Assembly: GCA_965205015.1 (NCBI GenBank)
Contig: OZ242029.1
Location: 384,001 to 448,000, forward strand
Length of the DNA stretch: 64,000 bases
Direction of reading: 5' to 3'
Source of the DNA: Candidatus Poribacteria bacterium
GTDB lineage: Bacteria > Poribacteria > WGA-4E > WGA-3G
Position 1 is the first letter of the stretch; the number at the start of each line of letters is the position of its first letter. The position numbers were made by a program, and so were the translations under genes. Positions 49,872 through 60,550 of this stretch are shown piece after piece. The notes under the pieces are model-generated. The model saw only the letters and a list, made by a program, of their open reading frames with translations, made no database searches and was not told the DNA's origin.

Positions 49872-50795
49872 TTGAAAAACTTTCGGTTCATTCTCGCCAT
49901 TTTGCTTCTCTTCGGTTTCAGCGCGACGTTGATGGGAAATGAATGGGCGAACTACTACTTTCCAGATGCCCCGGGTAATTACTGGGTTTACGAAGACCAG
50001 AACGGTGACGAACTAACGCGCTACGCAATAGAGCCAGAAGAGATTGATGGCGAATTCTATCGCGCCTTTAGTTACGACCCGGCTTTGGAGGACTGGGCAG
50101 ATTTTGAGCATTACACACACCCCTATTTCTACCAAGTCGGTGCCGACTGGGTGGCGTTTTTCGTTGGCACTGAAATCGAAAACGCCCTCAAGGCAGCAAC
50201 GATGCAACAGATGGAAGAAGCAATGGTGCTGATGCGTCAGGCAATGCAAGATCAGATGCCTGAGGGATTAAACATCACATTTGACTTAGATTACGATATT
50301 GAAGTGGATTCCCAAGACTACTTCTACTTCCTGCCGACCCCCGCCACCTTTGGTGAAGAGTGGACAGCCATAGAAATAAACGTCGTCCTCACGCTGACAA
50401 TCGATTTCCAAGGCATGCCTATAGAGATACCGGGTGGCTCAGCGCAGACTGTTAAAACTTACACAACTCTCGTAGAGACAGGAAACGTCACCGGCACGGA
50501 GACGGTGGAAACGGAAGCTGGCACCTTTGAAGATTGCTTGGTAATTGAATATCGAACAGATGCCTCAACAGAGACTGTTATGTCCGTGGAAGTCCCACAA
50601 GCCCCCGGACCGCAAGAACAGCAAGATGTAACCCTAACAACTATCTGGTTGGCACCGAACGTCGGTATCGTCAAATTTGAACACCAACACGAGGCATCTC
50701 CAGAGAATGAAGAAATGGGGCTGGCAACGCCTGAAGACCAGACACTTGAATTAATCAGTTACGAAATCAAATCCTCAAGTTCGGAGAACGAATGA
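49872..50795 (+). CDS. Secreted hypothetical protein
   Basis: GGAGG RBS, signal peptide, [27 protein letters not shown]. Confidence 0.75.
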   Translation: MKNFRFILAILLLFGFSATLMGNEWANYYFPDAPGNYWVYEDQNGDELTRYAIEPEEIDGEFYRAFSYDPALEDWADFEHYTHPYFYQVGADWVAFFVGTEIENALKAATMQQMEEAMVLMRQAMQDQMPEGLNITFDLDYDIEVDSQDYFYFLPTPATFGEEWTAIEINVVLTLTIDFQGMPIEIPGGSAQTVKTYTTLVETGNVTGTETVETEAGTFEDCLVIEYRTDASTETVMSVEVPQAPGPQEQQDVTLTTIWLAPNVGIVKFEHQHEASPENEEMGLATPEDQTLELISYEIKSSSSENE

Positions 50796-51769
50796 GCACC
50801 TTCCCTGTCTATCGTCCGAGGCGACTTCGCGCAAATGAGAATTTGCGACGATTGGTTCGCGAGACCACGCTCTCTGCTAATGACCTTATCTACCCGATGT
50901 TTGTCGTTCATGGACATAACACCGCGACCGAAATTTCCGCGATGCCCGGGTGCTATCAATACTCGGTTGATACCCTCGTCATCGCCGCAAAAGAACTCGC
51001 CACGCTTGGAATCCCAGGAACAATTCTGTTCGGAATCCCAGAGGCAAAAGACCCACTCGGTTCTGAGGCATACGCCGACGATGGGATCATCCAACAAGCC
51101 GTTCGAGCCATCAAAGACGCTGTGCCCGATCTGCTCGTCATGACGGATGTGTGTCTCTGCGAATACACCGATCATGGACACTGCGGTGTCGTTGCAGCTG
51201 GCGAAGTACAAAACGATCCGACACTGGAACTCCTCGTTAAGGAGAGCCTGTCGCACGCCCGTGCCGGTGCCGATGTCATCGCACCGTCAGATATGATGGA
51301 CGGTCGCGTCGGCGCAATTCGTGACGCGTTAGATGAAAGCGGTTATGAAAACATCCCGATTATGGCATATTCCGCCAAATACGCCTCCGCCTTCTACGGA
51401 CCCTTTCGGGAAGCGGCGGAATCAACACCCCAATTCGGAGATCGACGTGCCTATCAGATGGATCCAGCCAATGCAGAAGAGGCGTTACGGGAAGTCGCAT
51501 TGGATATCCAAGAGGGCGCGGACGTTCTCATGGTGAAACCCGCCCTCTCCTACCTCGACGTTATCCATCGGGTCAAAACAGAATTTCAGGTGCCTGTTGC
51601 GGCTTACAACGTCAGCGGTGAATACGCTATGATTAAAGCCGCCGCAGAAAACGGTTGGATCGATGAAGAGCGGGTCGCTTTGGAGGTCCTCAACAGCATC
51701 AAGCGCGCAGGGGCGGATATAATTTTAACCTACTTTGCGAAGTCCGTTGTCGAGTGGCTCAACGATTAG
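50792..51769 (+). CDS. hemB: Porphobilinogen synthase (Zn type)
   Basis: [40 protein letters not shown]. Confidence 0.97.
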   Translation: MSTFPVYRPRRLRANENLRRLVRETTLSANDLIYPMFVVHGHNTATEISAMPGCYQYSVDTLVIAAKELATLGIPGTILFGIPEAKDPLGSEAYADDGIIQQAVRAIKDAVPDLLVMTDVCLCEYTDHGHCGVVAAGEVQNDPTLELLVKESLSHARAGADVIAPSDMMDGRVGAIRDALDESGYENIPIMAYSAKYASAFYGPFREAAESTPQFGDRRAYQMDPANAEEALREVALDIQEGADVLMVKPALSYLDVIHRVKTEFQVPVAAYNVSGEYAMIKAAAENGWIDEERVALEVLNSIKRAGADIILTYFAKSVVEWLND

Positions 51770-51895
51770 GGTTACGGAACATGGGTTCGACTTAGAACAG
51801 ACTTTTCTCTTTCCGCTCAACCTGGGGAAATCCGCAGAAACACCCAAGCAAAAACACCTACGAAAACTAATAACTGACAACTTTGGAGAAATACT

Positions 51896-53179
51896 TTGGA
51901 GAGCAGCAAATCCTTAGCCGCATGGCAGAAATCACAACACGTCATCCCCGGCGGGGTTAACAGCCCCGTCCGAAATTTCAGCAAAGTCGAAGGGCATCCC
52001 CGTTTCATCGAACGTGGCGAAGGCTCGAAAATCTACGACATCGATGGCAACGAATACATTGATTATGTCGCCTCCTGGGGTCCCTTGGTTTTGGGACATG
52101 CGCATCCGAGCGTCATAGAGGCTATCCATTCAGTGGCGGCGAACGGCACGAGTTTCGGCGCGCCGACGACGCGGGAGACAGTGCTCGCTGAAATTATTGT
52201 CAACGCCGTCCCCTCAATTGAACAGGTGCGACTCGTCAATTCGGGCACCGAGGCAACCATGAGCGCAATCCGTGTCGCTCGCGGGTATACCGGTCGTGAT
52301 AAAATCCTTAAGATCGACAGTTGCTACCACGGGCACGTAGACTATCTATTAGCGAAAGCCGGCTCCGGGGTCGCAACCTTCGGACTTTCAGATAGCGGCG
52401 GTGTTCCCGAAGACTTCGCACGGAACACACTCACAGTCCCTTTCAATAATCCTGACGCTGTCCGTGAAGCGATAGAAGCCAATCCAGACGAAATCGCCTG
52501 TCTCATTCTCGAACCGATTATGGGCAATATGGGCATCATCCCGCCGCGTGAAGGCTATCTCAATCAACTCCGTGAGATCACTGAAGAACACGGTATCGTG
52601 CTTATCTTTGACGAAGTTATCACCGGCTTCCGAGTCGCTTACGGCGGTGCGCAATCCTACTATAACGTTACACCCGACATGACCTGTCTCGGAAAAATTA
52701 TCGGTGGCGGGTTGCCCGTTGGAGCATACGGCGGAAAACGGGACATCATGCGATGTGTCGCACCGGAAGGCGATGTCTATCAGGCGGGAACCCTGTCGGG
52801 CAATCCGTTAGCCGTTACCGCAGGTATAGCGACGTTGAAGAAACTCGCTGAACCAGGGGTTTATGAGCACCTCGAAAACAGTGCCGCTGCCCTTGCGGAA
52901 GGTCTCGCCGCGGCGACTCAAAAACATGGGATCGACGCATGGCACAGTCGGGTCGGTTCGATGCTGATGCTCTATTTCACATCGGAAACTGTCACCGATG
53001 CCGATGGGGCACGCACAGCCGATACAGAACGCTTTCAACATTACTTCTGGGGACTTTTGGAGCGCGGGGTCTATGTCGCGCCCTCCCAATTCGAGGCAGG
53101 ATTTGTCTCCTTAGTCCACTCTGAAGAGGACATCAACAACACCATTGAAGCCGCAACACAGGCATTAGCGAATCTCTAA
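51896..53179 (+). CDS. hemL: Glutamate-1-semialdehyde 2,1-aminomutase
   Basis: [37 protein letters not shown]. Confidence 0.97.
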   Translation: MESSKSLAAWQKSQHVIPGGVNSPVRNFSKVEGHPRFIERGEGSKIYDIDGNEYIDYVASWGPLVLGHAHPSVIEAIHSVAANGTSFGAPTTRETVLAEIIVNAVPSIEQVRLVNSGTEATMSAIRVARGYTGRDKILKIDSCYHGHVDYLLAKAGSGVATFGLSDSGGVPEDFARNTLTVPFNNPDAVREAIEANPDEIACLILEPIMGNMGIIPPREGYLNQLREITEEHGIVLIFDEVITGFRVAYGGAQSYYNVTPDMTCLGKIIGGGLPVGAYGGKRDIMRCVAPEGDVYQAGTLSGNPLAVTAGIATLKKLAEPGVYEHLENSAAALAEGLAAATQKHGIDAWHSRVGSMLMLYFTSETVTDADGARTADTERFQHYFWGLLERGVYVAPSQFEAGFVSLVHSEEDINNTIEAATQALANL

Positions 53180-53188
53180 ACGGAAAAT

Positions 53189-53292
53189 AAGGGAAGGGCA
53201 GCCACAAGGGCTGCCCCTACATTATGTCCAACCTTGATCAAAGGGAAGGGCAGCCACAAGGGCTGCCCCTACATTATGTCCAATTTCGATCA
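53189..53292. repeat. 52-bp tandem duplication containing a GTAG-type REP
   Basis: AAGGGAAGGGCAGCCACAAGGGCTGCCCCTACATTATGTCCAA(CCTT/TTTC)GATCA x2. Confidence 0.9.
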
Positions 53293-54259
53293 AATTGTTG
53301 AATTAATTGCTGACGACCTCAGTGCCGTTGAGGCGAAACTCACCGAACATACCGCTAGCGAATACACGTTCGTTGACATGGCGGTTCAACACGTTGTGGA
53401 GGGCGGCGGTAAACGGCTCCGCCCGATTCTCGTCGTGCTTTCCGCCAAAGTCTGCGGCTACGAAGGAAGCGATGCACACACCCTTGCCGCTGTTGTTGAA
53501 CTTATCCACGTCGCCTCGCTCGTTCACGACGATGTCCTCGACGAAGCCGCCATCCGCCGTGGACGTGAGACGTTACAGACGAAATGGGGCAACAAAGTCG
53601 CTGTCCTCGTCGGAGATTACTTACACGCACGAGTGCTTTCGATGCTCGTATCTCGTCGTGCGGATGATCCGGCGATGGCGATCCTCGCTGATACCACACA
53701 AGCGATGTGTGAAGGTGAGGTGATACACGCATATAAAAGCGGCGATTTCGACATCTCCGAAGCCGAATACCTCAAAATCATCAGTTTCAAAACCGGCAAA
53801 TTAATCGCGGCGTCCTGCACCCTCGGCGCACATCTCGGAAACCCAACAGACACACAGCAGATTGAGGCACTCACAACCTACGGACAACAGATCGGAACCG
53901 CTTTCCAAATTGTAGACGATTTGCTCGATTTCACAGAAGATTCCGACACATTGGGGAAAGACGCGTTTGGCGACCTCCGCGAAGGAAAACTCACCTTCCC
54001 CATCATCTATGCCCGAACCGTCTGCAATAACGATGAAAAACAGACGCTTGAAAAAGTGCTAAAACCCGACACCAATGAAACGGAAGCGATCGCCTTTGTC
54101 GAGGCTCTGTTCCAACGTTATGGCGTTGAAACCCACTGTTTGAAGGTCGCCCAAGGTTACGCCGAGCGCGCCAAAGCCGCATTGGCACCCTTACCCGAAA
54201 CCCCCGCGCGCATCGCCTTGGAACACCTCGCAGATTACGTCGTCTCCCGCGAGTCATAA
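53276..54259 (+). CDS. Polyprenyl diphosphate synthase (IspB/HepT-like)
   Basis: GGKRLRP, HDDVLD (FARM), DDLLD (SARM), DLREGK.T. Confidence 0.92.
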   Translation: MSNFDQIVELIADDLSAVEAKLTEHTASEYTFVDMAVQHVVEGGGKRLRPILVVLSAKVCGYEGSDAHTLAAVVELIHVASLVHDDVLDEAAIRRGRETLQTKWGNKVAVLVGDYLHARVLSMLVSRRADDPAMAILADTTQAMCEGEVIHAYKSGDFDISEAEYLKIISFKTGKLIAASCTLGAHLGNPTDTQQIEALTTYGQQIGTAFQIVDDLLDFTEDSDTLGKDAFGDLREGKLTFPIIYARTVCNNDEKQTLEKVLKPDTNETEAIAFVEALFQRYGVETHCLKVAQGYAERAKAALAPLPETPARIALEHLADYVVSRES

Positions 54260-54506
54260 AAACAGTTGTCAGTTAATATGTCGCTGTGCGTTGTAGCACA
54301 AACTTTATGGAGTTTCAGAATTTAATTCGGTAGTGTAGGATGGTAATTGCCTGAAGCAGGATTAACAGGATTAAAGAATCTTCAGGATTGGATGTCCGCC
54401 TTGACGGGAACTGTCCGCATAGAATTACCCAATTATTTATTTCCTCTACGCCCGGCAGATGCGGTTTGTCATCACACCATAGGTGTCAATTTAAGAAAAA
54501 TACTAT

Positions 54507-54750
54507 CGTAGGTTGGGTTGAACGGTTACCACCAAACTCGCAGAAATCATAAAAATGCGACATTTTCTCCTGATACATCATATCAGATAAACAGCGAGTG
54601 AAACCCAACACTTTCGCTTTGATGTTCCCGGGGTTCTGTGGGTGTAAAGTTGGGTTTCACTCTGTTCTTGAATATGTTGCGGGATACTGACTTTAGATGG
54701 GTCTGGCATATTAATGCCCACCCTCTCAACGCCGTTCAACCCAACCTACG
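54507..54750. repeat. REPIN/MITE-like element with perfect 19-bp terminal inverted repeats
   Basis: CGTAGGTTGGGTTGAACGG ... CCGTTCAACCCAACCTACG; inner IR GAGTGAAACCCAAC / GTTGGGTTTCACTC. Confidence 0.8.
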
Positions 54751-54883
54751 GGTCAAATTGACTCTTAGCGGGCGGAATCAGGCACAAACTCACAGTTTAT
54801 GCTACAACAACTCTCACAAACTCACAGTTTGTGCTACAAAGAGGCAACTCGCATCATAAATCGACGCATCAGGAGCATCCCTT

Positions 54884-56026
54884 ATGAAATTGCTAAGTAA
54901 AAATTTGCTGCTGACGATGGTTTTCGGAGGTTACTTGTTCTGGAACTTGCCATCCACAACACAGGGATTCATCGCGAGGGCTGGCATATTTAACATGCTG
55001 GTGCAAAAAGTGCATGAACCCCAGTGGCGAATCGGCTATAATTTCATCTTTGGCTGTGCTGCCGCCTTCGAGGTAAAGGGAGAAGACAAACTAAAAGCAG
55101 CAATCACCAAGACCCTGCAGGTTTGGATGCAGCCGTTGCGGGAGCGGTACCCGAACAAGGTATTTACCGATGATTTTATCTTCGTGCGGATGCCGGATAT
55201 GAAAGAACGCTTTGATAACAGGGAGGCACGAGAACAGGTGGACCTGCGTATCACCTTCGATTGTAAACCGGCGGTGGTGGGTGGTACTGGTGTCCTCGTT
55301 TCAAGTATAGTGTCTCCAGATGTATATATGCGAGAGGGGACTGACCTTGATAATAACCGTTTTCTCAGCGTTTTTGCCCACGAGTTAGGGCATGCTTTCG
55401 GACTGGCGGATACCTACGTTCGCGGCAATCGGGTGAGCACAGGGGGGTTGACCAAGACCGAAGGCAAGCAACCGTCATCACTCATGGCAGATGCTCATGG
55501 AGTTTTTCGACTGCGTCAGTTCGCTTACCTCAGGGAAGATGACAAAAACGGCATCATCTATCTCTACAAGTACTATCACGAGGACCACCCCGCAGGTGAT
55601 TGTTTTTTCCCTGATTACGTTTCCGTAGAGGCTCGACTTAAGACCCATCAAGCTTGCGAGCCGCGTTACCCGTTAATTTTTGAGGCAAAGCACGGGACCT
55701 CTAAAACTGTGGAGCAGATACTGAAAGATGATCCAACGCTTGATATAAACGCACGGGATGCCAGCGGGTTTACGGCACTGCATCATGCCGTGCAGCAAGG
55801 AAGTGTCGAGAAGGTGAAGGCATTGTTGGCGAAAACGGGCATCAAAGTCAACCTCCTCAACACACACAAGCGTACACCCGCACAACTCGCACGCATCCTC
55901 AAACAGACCCAGATTGCAAAGATGATCGAGGCGCATCCGAGCAGCAAGCACCCCTCGATCGCATGGGACGTAGCACCCAAAGGCAAATTGACGACGACTT
56001 GGGGACACCTCAAAAAGAAATACTGA
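54884..56026 (+). CDS. Secreted zinc metalloprotease with ankyrin repeats and TWG tail
   Basis: HELGHAFGLAD, INARDASGFTALHHA ankyrin repeat; ends VAPKGKLTTTWGHLKKKY. Confidence 0.85.
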   Translation: MKLLSKNLLLTMVFGGYLFWNLPSTTQGFIARAGIFNMLVQKVHEPQWRIGYNFIFGCAAAFEVKGEDKLKAAITKTLQVWMQPLRERYPNKVFTDDFIFVRMPDMKERFDNREAREQVDLRITFDCKPAVVGGTGVLVSSIVSPDVYMREGTDLDNNRFLSVFAHELGHAFGLADTYVRGNRVSTGGLTKTEGKQPSSLMADAHGVFRLRQFAYLREDDKNGIIYLYKYYHEDHPAGDCFFPDYVSVEARLKTHQACEPRYPLIFEAKHGTSKTVEQILKDDPTLDINARDASGFTALHHAVQQGSVEKVKALLAKTGIKVNLLNTHKRTPAQLARILKQTQIAKMIEAHPSSKHPSIAWDVAPKGKLTTTWGHLKKKY

Positions 56027-56037
56027 AAACTAATAAA

Positions 56038-57213
56038 ATGTTTTATCCTGCACATATCAACCTTCAAGATCGGAAATGCCTTGTTGTTGGTGGCGGGACC
56101 GTCGCCGAGCGGAAAGTCGTCGCCATGCTCGTCAGCGGTGGCGATGTCACCGTAATTAGTCCCGATGCCACGGAATTGTTGACGTTCCTCGCAAATATCG
56201 GTACAATTCGCTGGCACAAGCGGCAGTCGAAGGCAGGCGATACAGATGGCTATTTCCTCGTCTGTGCTGCCACTGATTTCACGGATATTAACACTGCTGT
56301 CTTCACAGAAGCACACGAGAAAAACAAGATACGTTTAGTTAATGTCGTTGATGTCATCCCACAATGCACCTTTGCCGCTGCCTCTGTCGTAACCGATGGT
56401 GAGATCATGTTGAGTATCTCGACAAGCGGTAAAAGCCCCGCGACGAGCCGTCGGATCCGTGAATATTTTGAGAAAGTCTTGAACGCCACTTCGCTATACA
56501 CACTCGGATACGAAAATGGCGAACCCGTACCGATTGAGAATCAAGGACTTCCTTACCCGGTTTATCTCCTGTTGGAGAATCGTCCGTGCGTTGTCCTATA
56601 TGAGCAAAAAACGCCTGAGATTGAACGTCGCATCTCCCTGCTAAACCAGTGCGGTGCCTCTGTGTTATGTATGACGCCCAATGCGGCGAAACCGTATCAC
56701 CTTGAAGACGTATTCCTCATCATTGCAGACAAGGTGTCTGTTGCAGACGTGCCCTGCGGAGATACAGGAGCATTCATTGCGGAATACCTTGATGAATCGG
56801 ATACTGGCACCCACTTCACTCCCGAACTCATCATAGACGACAATCTGATAATTAGCGTATCGGCGCGAAACAGCACAGGTATTGACAAGGCGAAACGTCT
56901 ACATACAAAACTCACGAACCAGTTTGAAAACAACGGCTACGGGGCATTCATTGAATTCCTCGGAACGCGTCGCTCAGAGATCCTCAAGGCGTTCCCGACG
57001 CCTAAAAAGCGTGCCGACTTCTTTGACACGCTCATCGACACTGTCGAAGATGAGGTATCGGGGTTACAAACCCCTCCTACAACATGCTGTCTCGGTCTCA
57101 CAAACCCTGAATGCTCCGCCGAATGCCTCTTCAACTGGGTTCGGCACGGTAAGTTGGAACGCGCCAACGCCTTTACCTCCAAACGACTTGACAAAGCAGA
57201 CGAGGGTTGCTAA
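56038..57213 (+). CDS. sirC: Precorrin-2 dehydrogenase (SirC/CysG N-terminal type) with internal duplication
   Basis: YP..INLQDRKCLVVGGG.VA.RK, VNVVD, ISTSGKSP; second degenerate copy YPVYLLLENR. Confidence 0.8.
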   Translation: MFYPAHINLQDRKCLVVGGGTVAERKVVAMLVSGGDVTVISPDATELLTFLANIGTIRWHKRQSKAGDTDGYFLVCAATDFTDINTAVFTEAHEKNKIRLVNVVDVIPQCTFAAASVVTDGEIMLSISTSGKSPATSRRIREYFEKVLNATSLYTLGYENGEPVPIENQGLPYPVYLLLENRPCVVLYEQKTPEIERRISLLNQCGASVLCMTPNAAKPYHLEDVFLIIADKVSVADVPCGDTGAFIAEYLDESDTGTHFTPELIIDDNLIISVSARNSTGIDKAKRLHTKLTNQFENNGYGAFIEFLGTRRSEILKAFPTPKKRADFFDTLIDTVEDEVSGLQTPPTTCCLGLTNPECSAECLFNWVRHGKLERANAFTSKRLDKADEGC

Positions 57214-57334
57214 AATTGCAGGGAAATAAAAATAATGTACCCTTTTTCAAGACCTCCAAGACAATTGAGAATTGCTTTAACGATCTCACGCGGATAAGAG
57301 ACATGCCTGCCTTGATACGCAAAGGAAGAAAATC

Positions 57335-58156
57335 ATGAAGACGCTACATGATTTTGAATTGAAGCAAAGAAAATATATGCCTGTCTTTCCAAAAGCGATC
57401 GGAAAACCGACCGTTTACATCGAAGGCTACCCTTCCGAGGACGAAAACCCCATGCCAGCAGGTGAATTTCACGGGATGCAGATGCAGAGCTTATTTGACC
57501 AGTTTTTACGATATTTTCAGGCACACCCTTATGTCCATGTCAGTATGGACAATTTTATCTATTATCGCGAAGGCGATATCAGAAAGGTCGTTGGTCCCGA
57601 TGTGTATGTCGTCTTGGGTGCCGCGAAACTTCCCTTGCGAAGGAGTTTTTACACCTGGGCAGAAGGGACCGTCCCTACAGCAGTTTTTGAGTTTCTTTCA
57701 GATACAACAGCGTCTGAGGATCGGCATGAAAAAGTTGAAGTGTATCTACGGGATATAGGAGTTGCGGAGTATTTCATTCATCAACCCGATATGAATCGCC
57801 CGATAGAATTTCGAGGGTGGCGGCGGGATGCATTGGACAACATCGTTGAGATTGAACCGGAGGCGGATGGCGGCATCTTCAGTGCGTCGTTAAATCTCTA
57901 TTTTCGGTGGGAACTCCATGAGGCGTGGGAGCTGCGGCTTTTACGCCCATATCTCCCTGATGGCACGCCGATTACGACTTCTATGGAAGAACATCACCTC
58001 CGGATAGAAGCAGAAGAACTGGCAGCTGTGGAAACGGAACGACGGCAGGCAGCAGAAAGGCTCGCCAGAGAAGAAGCCGAACGACGGCAGACAATAGAAA
58101 CCGAGTTAGAACGCCTCCGGGCGCAACTCGCCAACAGCGAAAATAAAAGCGAATGA
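57335..58156 (+). CDS. Uma2-family putative endonuclease with coiled-coil tail
   Basis: PDVYVV, VFEFLS, GVAEYF, E/R/A-rich tail. Confidence 0.85.
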   Translation: MKTLHDFELKQRKYMPVFPKAIGKPTVYIEGYPSEDENPMPAGEFHGMQMQSLFDQFLRYFQAHPYVHVSMDNFIYYREGDIRKVVGPDVYVVLGAAKLPLRRSFYTWAEGTVPTAVFEFLSDTTASEDRHEKVEVYLRDIGVAEYFIHQPDMNRPIEFRGWRRDALDNIVEIEPEADGGIFSASLNLYFRWELHEAWELRLLRPYLPDGTPITTSMEEHHLRIEAEELAAVETERRQAAERLAREEAERRQTIETELERLRAQLANSENKSE

Positions 58157-58220
58157 ACACACATAACGGAGAGGCATATCCCCTTACTCTGTGCCCTTCG
58201 TGTCTCGAAAAGCACAGCGC

Positions 58221-59063
58221 ATGATAAATTTTCTATTCCTCATTACCCTTTTAATATACTTAGCAGCAGGCATCTTCCAGACCCTCTCGCTGGCGATTGG
58301 GGCTCGGACCGAAGCATTGGTGATTCGCCCAACAATTGAGCGCATCGCCTTTTGGTGTACCATCATCGGCTTCGCTTTTTTGACCGTTTTTATCGCGCTC
58401 TGGTGGCTCCAGCAGGGGCATTTTCCAATGACCCACTGGACGGACTCTACTGCCTTCTTTTCATGGGCAATCACGCTGATTTATCTCATCATCGTGCGGC
58501 TGACACATCTCCGCACCCTCGGGAGCTTCGTGATGCCGGTTGCGTTTATTGCTATACTCATCTCATATAGTTTCGCCACGCACACGGCTGCGCTCCCAGA
58601 ACCGTTGCAAAATTACTGGCTTCTGGCACACACGACACTCATCTTTCTCGCCTACGCCGCGTTCATTGCTGCCTTCGGGTTCGGACTGATGTATCTCATA
58701 GCAGAACGGAAAATCCGCAGAAAGACGGACACCCTTTTTGATAACCTTCTTCCGTCTCTTGGTACTTCCGATGTCCTCGGGTATCGTTGCGCCATTTTGG
58801 GTGTCATTCTACTGACAATGGGCGTCATTGTCGGGAGCCTCTGGACCCAATATATCCGAGATGTGCCGTGGAGATGGCTTGATGCAAAGGTAATCTCCAC
58901 CTTGGTGACGTGGTTTATCTATATCGCCCAAATCGGTATCCGCCAATTTTGGGGGTGGCACGGACGCAGAGCGGCGTATGCCGCAATCATCGGTCTCGTT
59001 GCTGTCCTCTGCACCTATGTCGGCGTGGATCTTTTCGTAGACAGCATGCATACATACCGCTAA
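58221..59063 (+). CDS. ccsA: Cytochrome c biogenesis CcsA/HemX-like membrane protein
   Basis: Multiple TM helices, WLLAH, GSLW...W.W.DAK WWD motif; upstream of hemA. Confidence 0.85.
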   Translation: MINFLFLITLLIYLAAGIFQTLSLAIGARTEALVIRPTIERIAFWCTIIGFAFLTVFIALWWLQQGHFPMTHWTDSTAFFSWAITLIYLIIVRLTHLRTLGSFVMPVAFIAILISYSFATHTAALPEPLQNYWLLAHTTLIFLAYAAFIAAFGFGLMYLIAERKIRRKTDTLFDNLLPSLGTSDVLGYRCAILGVILLTMGVIVGSLWTQYIRDVPWRWLDAKVISTLVTWFIYIAQIGIRQFWGWHGRRAAYAAIIGLVAVLCTYVGVDLFVDSMHTYR

Positions 59064-59163
59064 GGGGGTTGTAGTCGTGCGATTCATCGCACGTCCTACC
59101 CATGTGTATAATGGGCAATCAATGGTGCCCCTACGACGAACCATCCGAATCGAAACTCTAAAT

Positions 59164-59192
59164 TTGACACAACCCCCGATATGTGATATAAT
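59164..59192 (+). promoter_or_regulatory. Sigma-70 promoter for hemA-hemC-cobA/hemD
   Basis: TTGACA-17 nt-TATAAT with extended TG. Confidence 0.75.
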
Positions 59193-59245
59193 TTAGCAAA
59201 CGTATGAAGGATTTTTCACGTTTTTAGATTTTTTTGGTAACAGGA

Positions 59246-60544
59246 ATGAACCAACTCGTCTCTATCGGAACCAGCCACCACGTCGCGCCCATTGAATTCA
59301 GAGAAAGGTTGGCGTTTTCCGAAGCACAACTCATTGAATCCCATCAGCACCTGCGTGAATCCGATCAGGTCCAAGAGGCGGTGATCCTCTCCACCTGTAA
59401 TCGAGTAGAGGTCTATGCAGTCCTAAATTCAGTGCGGACTGCCGAAGCCGCCGCCAAGGTGTTGGCTGAATTTCTCTCCCGATGCCATCGGATTGATATG
59501 GCATCACTGAAGAAATGGACGTACCTCCACCATAACTTGGAGACGATCCAGCATCTCTTCAGAGTGACATCCAGTCTCGATTCCATGGTCGTCGGCGAGT
59601 CCCAAATACTCGGTCAAGTCAAAGATGGCTACGACGCCTCACGTTCAGCGGGTAGCACAGGGACTATTCTCAATCGTCTTTTCACCAAAGCCTTCAGCGT
59701 TGGTAAACGCATCCGATCCGAAACGACAATCACCACCGGTGCCGTCTCTATTAGTTACGCCGCCGTTGAACTCGCCAAAAAGATTTTCAATACACTCGAA
59801 GGCAAAACCGTCGCGATTATCGGGGCGGGAGAGATGAGCGAACTCACGGCAAAGCACCTCGTTGCAAACGGGGTCTCCAACGTGATTGTCGCAAATCGCA
59901 CATACGAACGGGCAGTCAAAATCGCAGAGAAGTTTAAGGGAACCCCTCTCACCTACGATAGCGATCTCAATTTCCTCATTGATGCCGATATTGTCATTAG
60001 TTCCACCAACGCTCCCGATTATCTCATCAAGCGACAGCCGCTTGCCGACATCATGCGGAAACGGAAACACCGATACATGTTCCTCATTGACATCGCTGTG
60101 CCACGCGACATTGCGCCGGATGTGAACAAACTCGACGCAGCGTTCCTTTACAATATCGATGATCTGGAAACCGTTGTCGCTTCTAACCTCAAAGACCGGC
60201 AACAGGAAGCAGTCCTCGCTGAACAGATCGTCTCTGAAGAGGCGAAACGGTTCTACGACCAATTGCAAATCTTTCAAGTCAATCCTACGATTAAAGCATT
60301 GCACCAGCAGTTTCGACAGATAGCCGACACCGAATTGCAAGCGTGTTTCTACAAAACATCACTCTCCGACCAGCAGGAGGAAGCCATCGCCTCCATGACG
60401 CAGGCAATCGTCAAGAAACTGCTCCATCATCCGATGCAGAACCTCCGAGGGGCTGTTAACGACGGCGATGCCGATCATGGGCAATATGTTCAGTCCCTAC
60501 AGGAATTGTTCGCCTTGGATGTTAATGATGAAAAGCCAGAATAG
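59246..60544 (+). CDS. hemA: Glutamyl-tRNA reductase
   Basis: LSTCNRVE, SLDSMVVGESQILGQ, IGAGEM, DIAVPRD. Confidence 0.97.
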   Translation: MNQLVSIGTSHHVAPIEFRERLAFSEAQLIESHQHLRESDQVQEAVILSTCNRVEVYAVLNSVRTAEAAAKVLAEFLSRCHRIDMASLKKWTYLHHNLETIQHLFRVTSSLDSMVVGESQILGQVKDGYDASRSAGSTGTILNRLFTKAFSVGKRIRSETTITTGAVSISYAAVELAKKIFNTLEGKTVAIIGAGEMSELTAKHLVANGVSNVIVANRTYERAVKIAEKFKGTPLTYDSDLNFLIDADIVISSTNAPDYLIKRQPLADIMRKRKHRYMFLIDIAVPRDIAPDVNKLDAAFLYNIDDLETVVASNLKDRQQEAVLAEQIVSEEAKRFYDQLQIFQVNPTIKALHQQFRQIADTELQACFYKTSLSDQQEEAIASMTQAIVKKLLHHPMQNLRGAVNDGDADHGQYVQSLQELFALDVNDEKPE

Positions 60545-60550
60545 CAATCA

